A stretch of 64,000 bases of DNA from Candidatus Latescibacterota bacterium (lineage in GTDB: Bacteria > Latescibacterota > UBA2968 > UBA8231), in NCBI GenBank assembly GCA_965248355.1, contig OZ252098.1:4640001-4704000 (forward strand). Direction: 5' to 3'. The notes below the pieces were generated by a model that saw only the letters and a list, made by a program, of their open reading frames with translations, made no database searches and was not told the origin of the DNA. Shown here piece by piece: positions 62,906 through 64,000 of the stretch (its first letter is position 1; each line of letters begins with the position of its first letter). The position numbers and the translations under genes are program-made.

Positions 62906-64000
62906 ATGGATCGAGAAGACTACTTCCGATGGGCTGAGAGGGCCGCCCGGTGGGGCGCCGAGTACCTGGACACGCTCGAGGAGCGGTCCGTTCGGGCTCA
63001 GACTGCGCCCGGTGAGATCGCCGCCATGCTGCCCTCAAGTCCACCGGAAGAGCCGGTGGACATGGAGACGATCTTCGCCGACTTCGAGCGCATCGTGCCG
63101 GATGGCATGACCCACTGGCAGCACCGCCGCTTCTTCGCCTACTTCCCCGCCAACGCCGCGCCGGTCTCGATGATCGCCGAGAATCTGACGTCGGTCATGG
63201 CGGCCCAGTGCATGCTATGGCAGACCTCGCCTGCGGCTACCGAGATCGAGACCCGCATGGTCGACTGGATGCGCCAGGCCCTCGGGTTGCCGGAGGGGTT
63301 CCAGGGGGTCATCCAGGACACGGGAACCACGGCGAATCTCTGCGCCGTGCTGACGATGCGGGAGCGCGCCCTGGGTTGGCGAGGGAACGACTCGGGAATG
63401 GCGGGGGAGAGGCAGCTGCGGGTCTACGCTTCACCGGAGACCCACTCGTCGATCGACAAGGCGGTCCGAATCTCGGGGATCGGCCAGCAGCATTTGGTGA
63501 AGGTCCCGACCGATGGTTCCTGGGCCCTCGATCCAGAAGCCCTGCGCGGGGCGATCGAGGCGGACCTCGCGGCCGGTTTCCTGCCGGCCGGCGTCGTCTT
63601 GTGTATCGGGGGCACCTCGATCGGCGCGTCCGACCGACTTCGCGAGACCATCGAGGGTGGCGCGAGAGCACGATCTCTACGTCCACGTCGACGCCGCGTG
63701 GGCGGGTTCGGCGATGATCTGTCCCGAGCTGCGGGAGTTGTGGGACGGAGTCGAAGGGGGCGACAGCATCGCCTTCAATCCCCACAAGTGGCTCGGTGCG
63801 CAGTTCGACTGCACCATCCAGTTTCTTGCGGATCCCGAACCGCAGGTCCGCACCCTCGGGGTTCGTCCGGATTACCTGCAAACCCTCGGCCAGAGCGAGA
63901 TCACCAACTACAGCGAGTGGACGATCCCCCTGGGGCGCCGGTTCCGCGCCCTCAAGCTCTGGTTCCTGCTGCGCGCCCACGGGCTCGAAGACCTCCGCCA
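62906..64000 (+). CDS. Aromatic L-amino acid decarboxylase (PLP group II), 3'-partial, +1 frameshift at 63655-57
   Basis: THWQH..FFAYFP, SPAATEIE, THSSIDKA; after the frameshift HVDAAW, NPHKW, GRRFRALKLW. Confidence 0.85.
   Translation, partial: MDREDYFRWAERAARWGAEYLDTLEERSVRAQTAPGEIAAMLPSSPPEEPVDMETIFADFERIVPDGMTHWQHRRFFAYFPANAAPVSMIAENLTSVMAAQCMLWQTSPAATEIETRMVDWMRQALGLPEGFQGVIQDTGTTANLCAVLTMRERALGWRGNDSGMAGERQLRVYASPETHSSIDKAVRISGIGQQHLVKVPTDGSWALDPEALRGAIEADLAAGFLPAGVVLCIGGTSIGASDRLRETIEGGARARSLRPRRRRVGGFGDDLSRAAGVVGRSRRGRQHRLQSPQVARCAVRLHHPVSCGSRTAGPHPRGSSGLPANPRPERDHQLQRVDDPPGAPVPRPQALVPAARPRARRPPP

Overview
High-GC bacterial window with no rRNA, tRNA, CRISPR array or phage genes that I can recognise. 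Gene content includes five PhyH-type Fe(II)/2OG dioxygenases plus a fragment, three classes of eukaryote-like LRR proteins, cadherin and Fn3 remnants, FlgD-Ig/T9SS-like C-terminal tails, a SWGxIK C-terminal motif and several toxin-antitoxin modules. This resembles a host-associated FCB-group bacterium, such as a marine-sponge Latescibacterota/Gemmatimonadota-like organism (inference). Intact genes include long-form GAPDH, katG, a yejABEF-like peptide ABC transporter, an SSS transporter, an AmpG-like MFS, an M19 dipeptidase, a divergent HTH-citrate synthase/citrate synthase pair, HigBA, MntA-HepT, an MmeI-family type IIL R-M gene, RhuM-Fic and a complete IS256 with an 8-bp target duplication. 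Between them lie many pseudogenes damaged by clean internal deletions, gene-fragment fusions and G/C-homopolymer frameshifts, a picture of ongoing genome erosion. The best candidates for under-described biology are a shuffled 72-bp LRR repeat array with a hypervariable face, an HxG-motif PhyH (possible halogenase), a Schlafen/AlbA_2 + ParA two-gene module, the HTH-CS/CS pair with an Asp-to-Glu catalytic substitution, long poly-G/C tracts in surface-protein genes, and a tandem-domain darcynin/Cld-like protein. All family assignments come from reading motifs by eye, without database searches.
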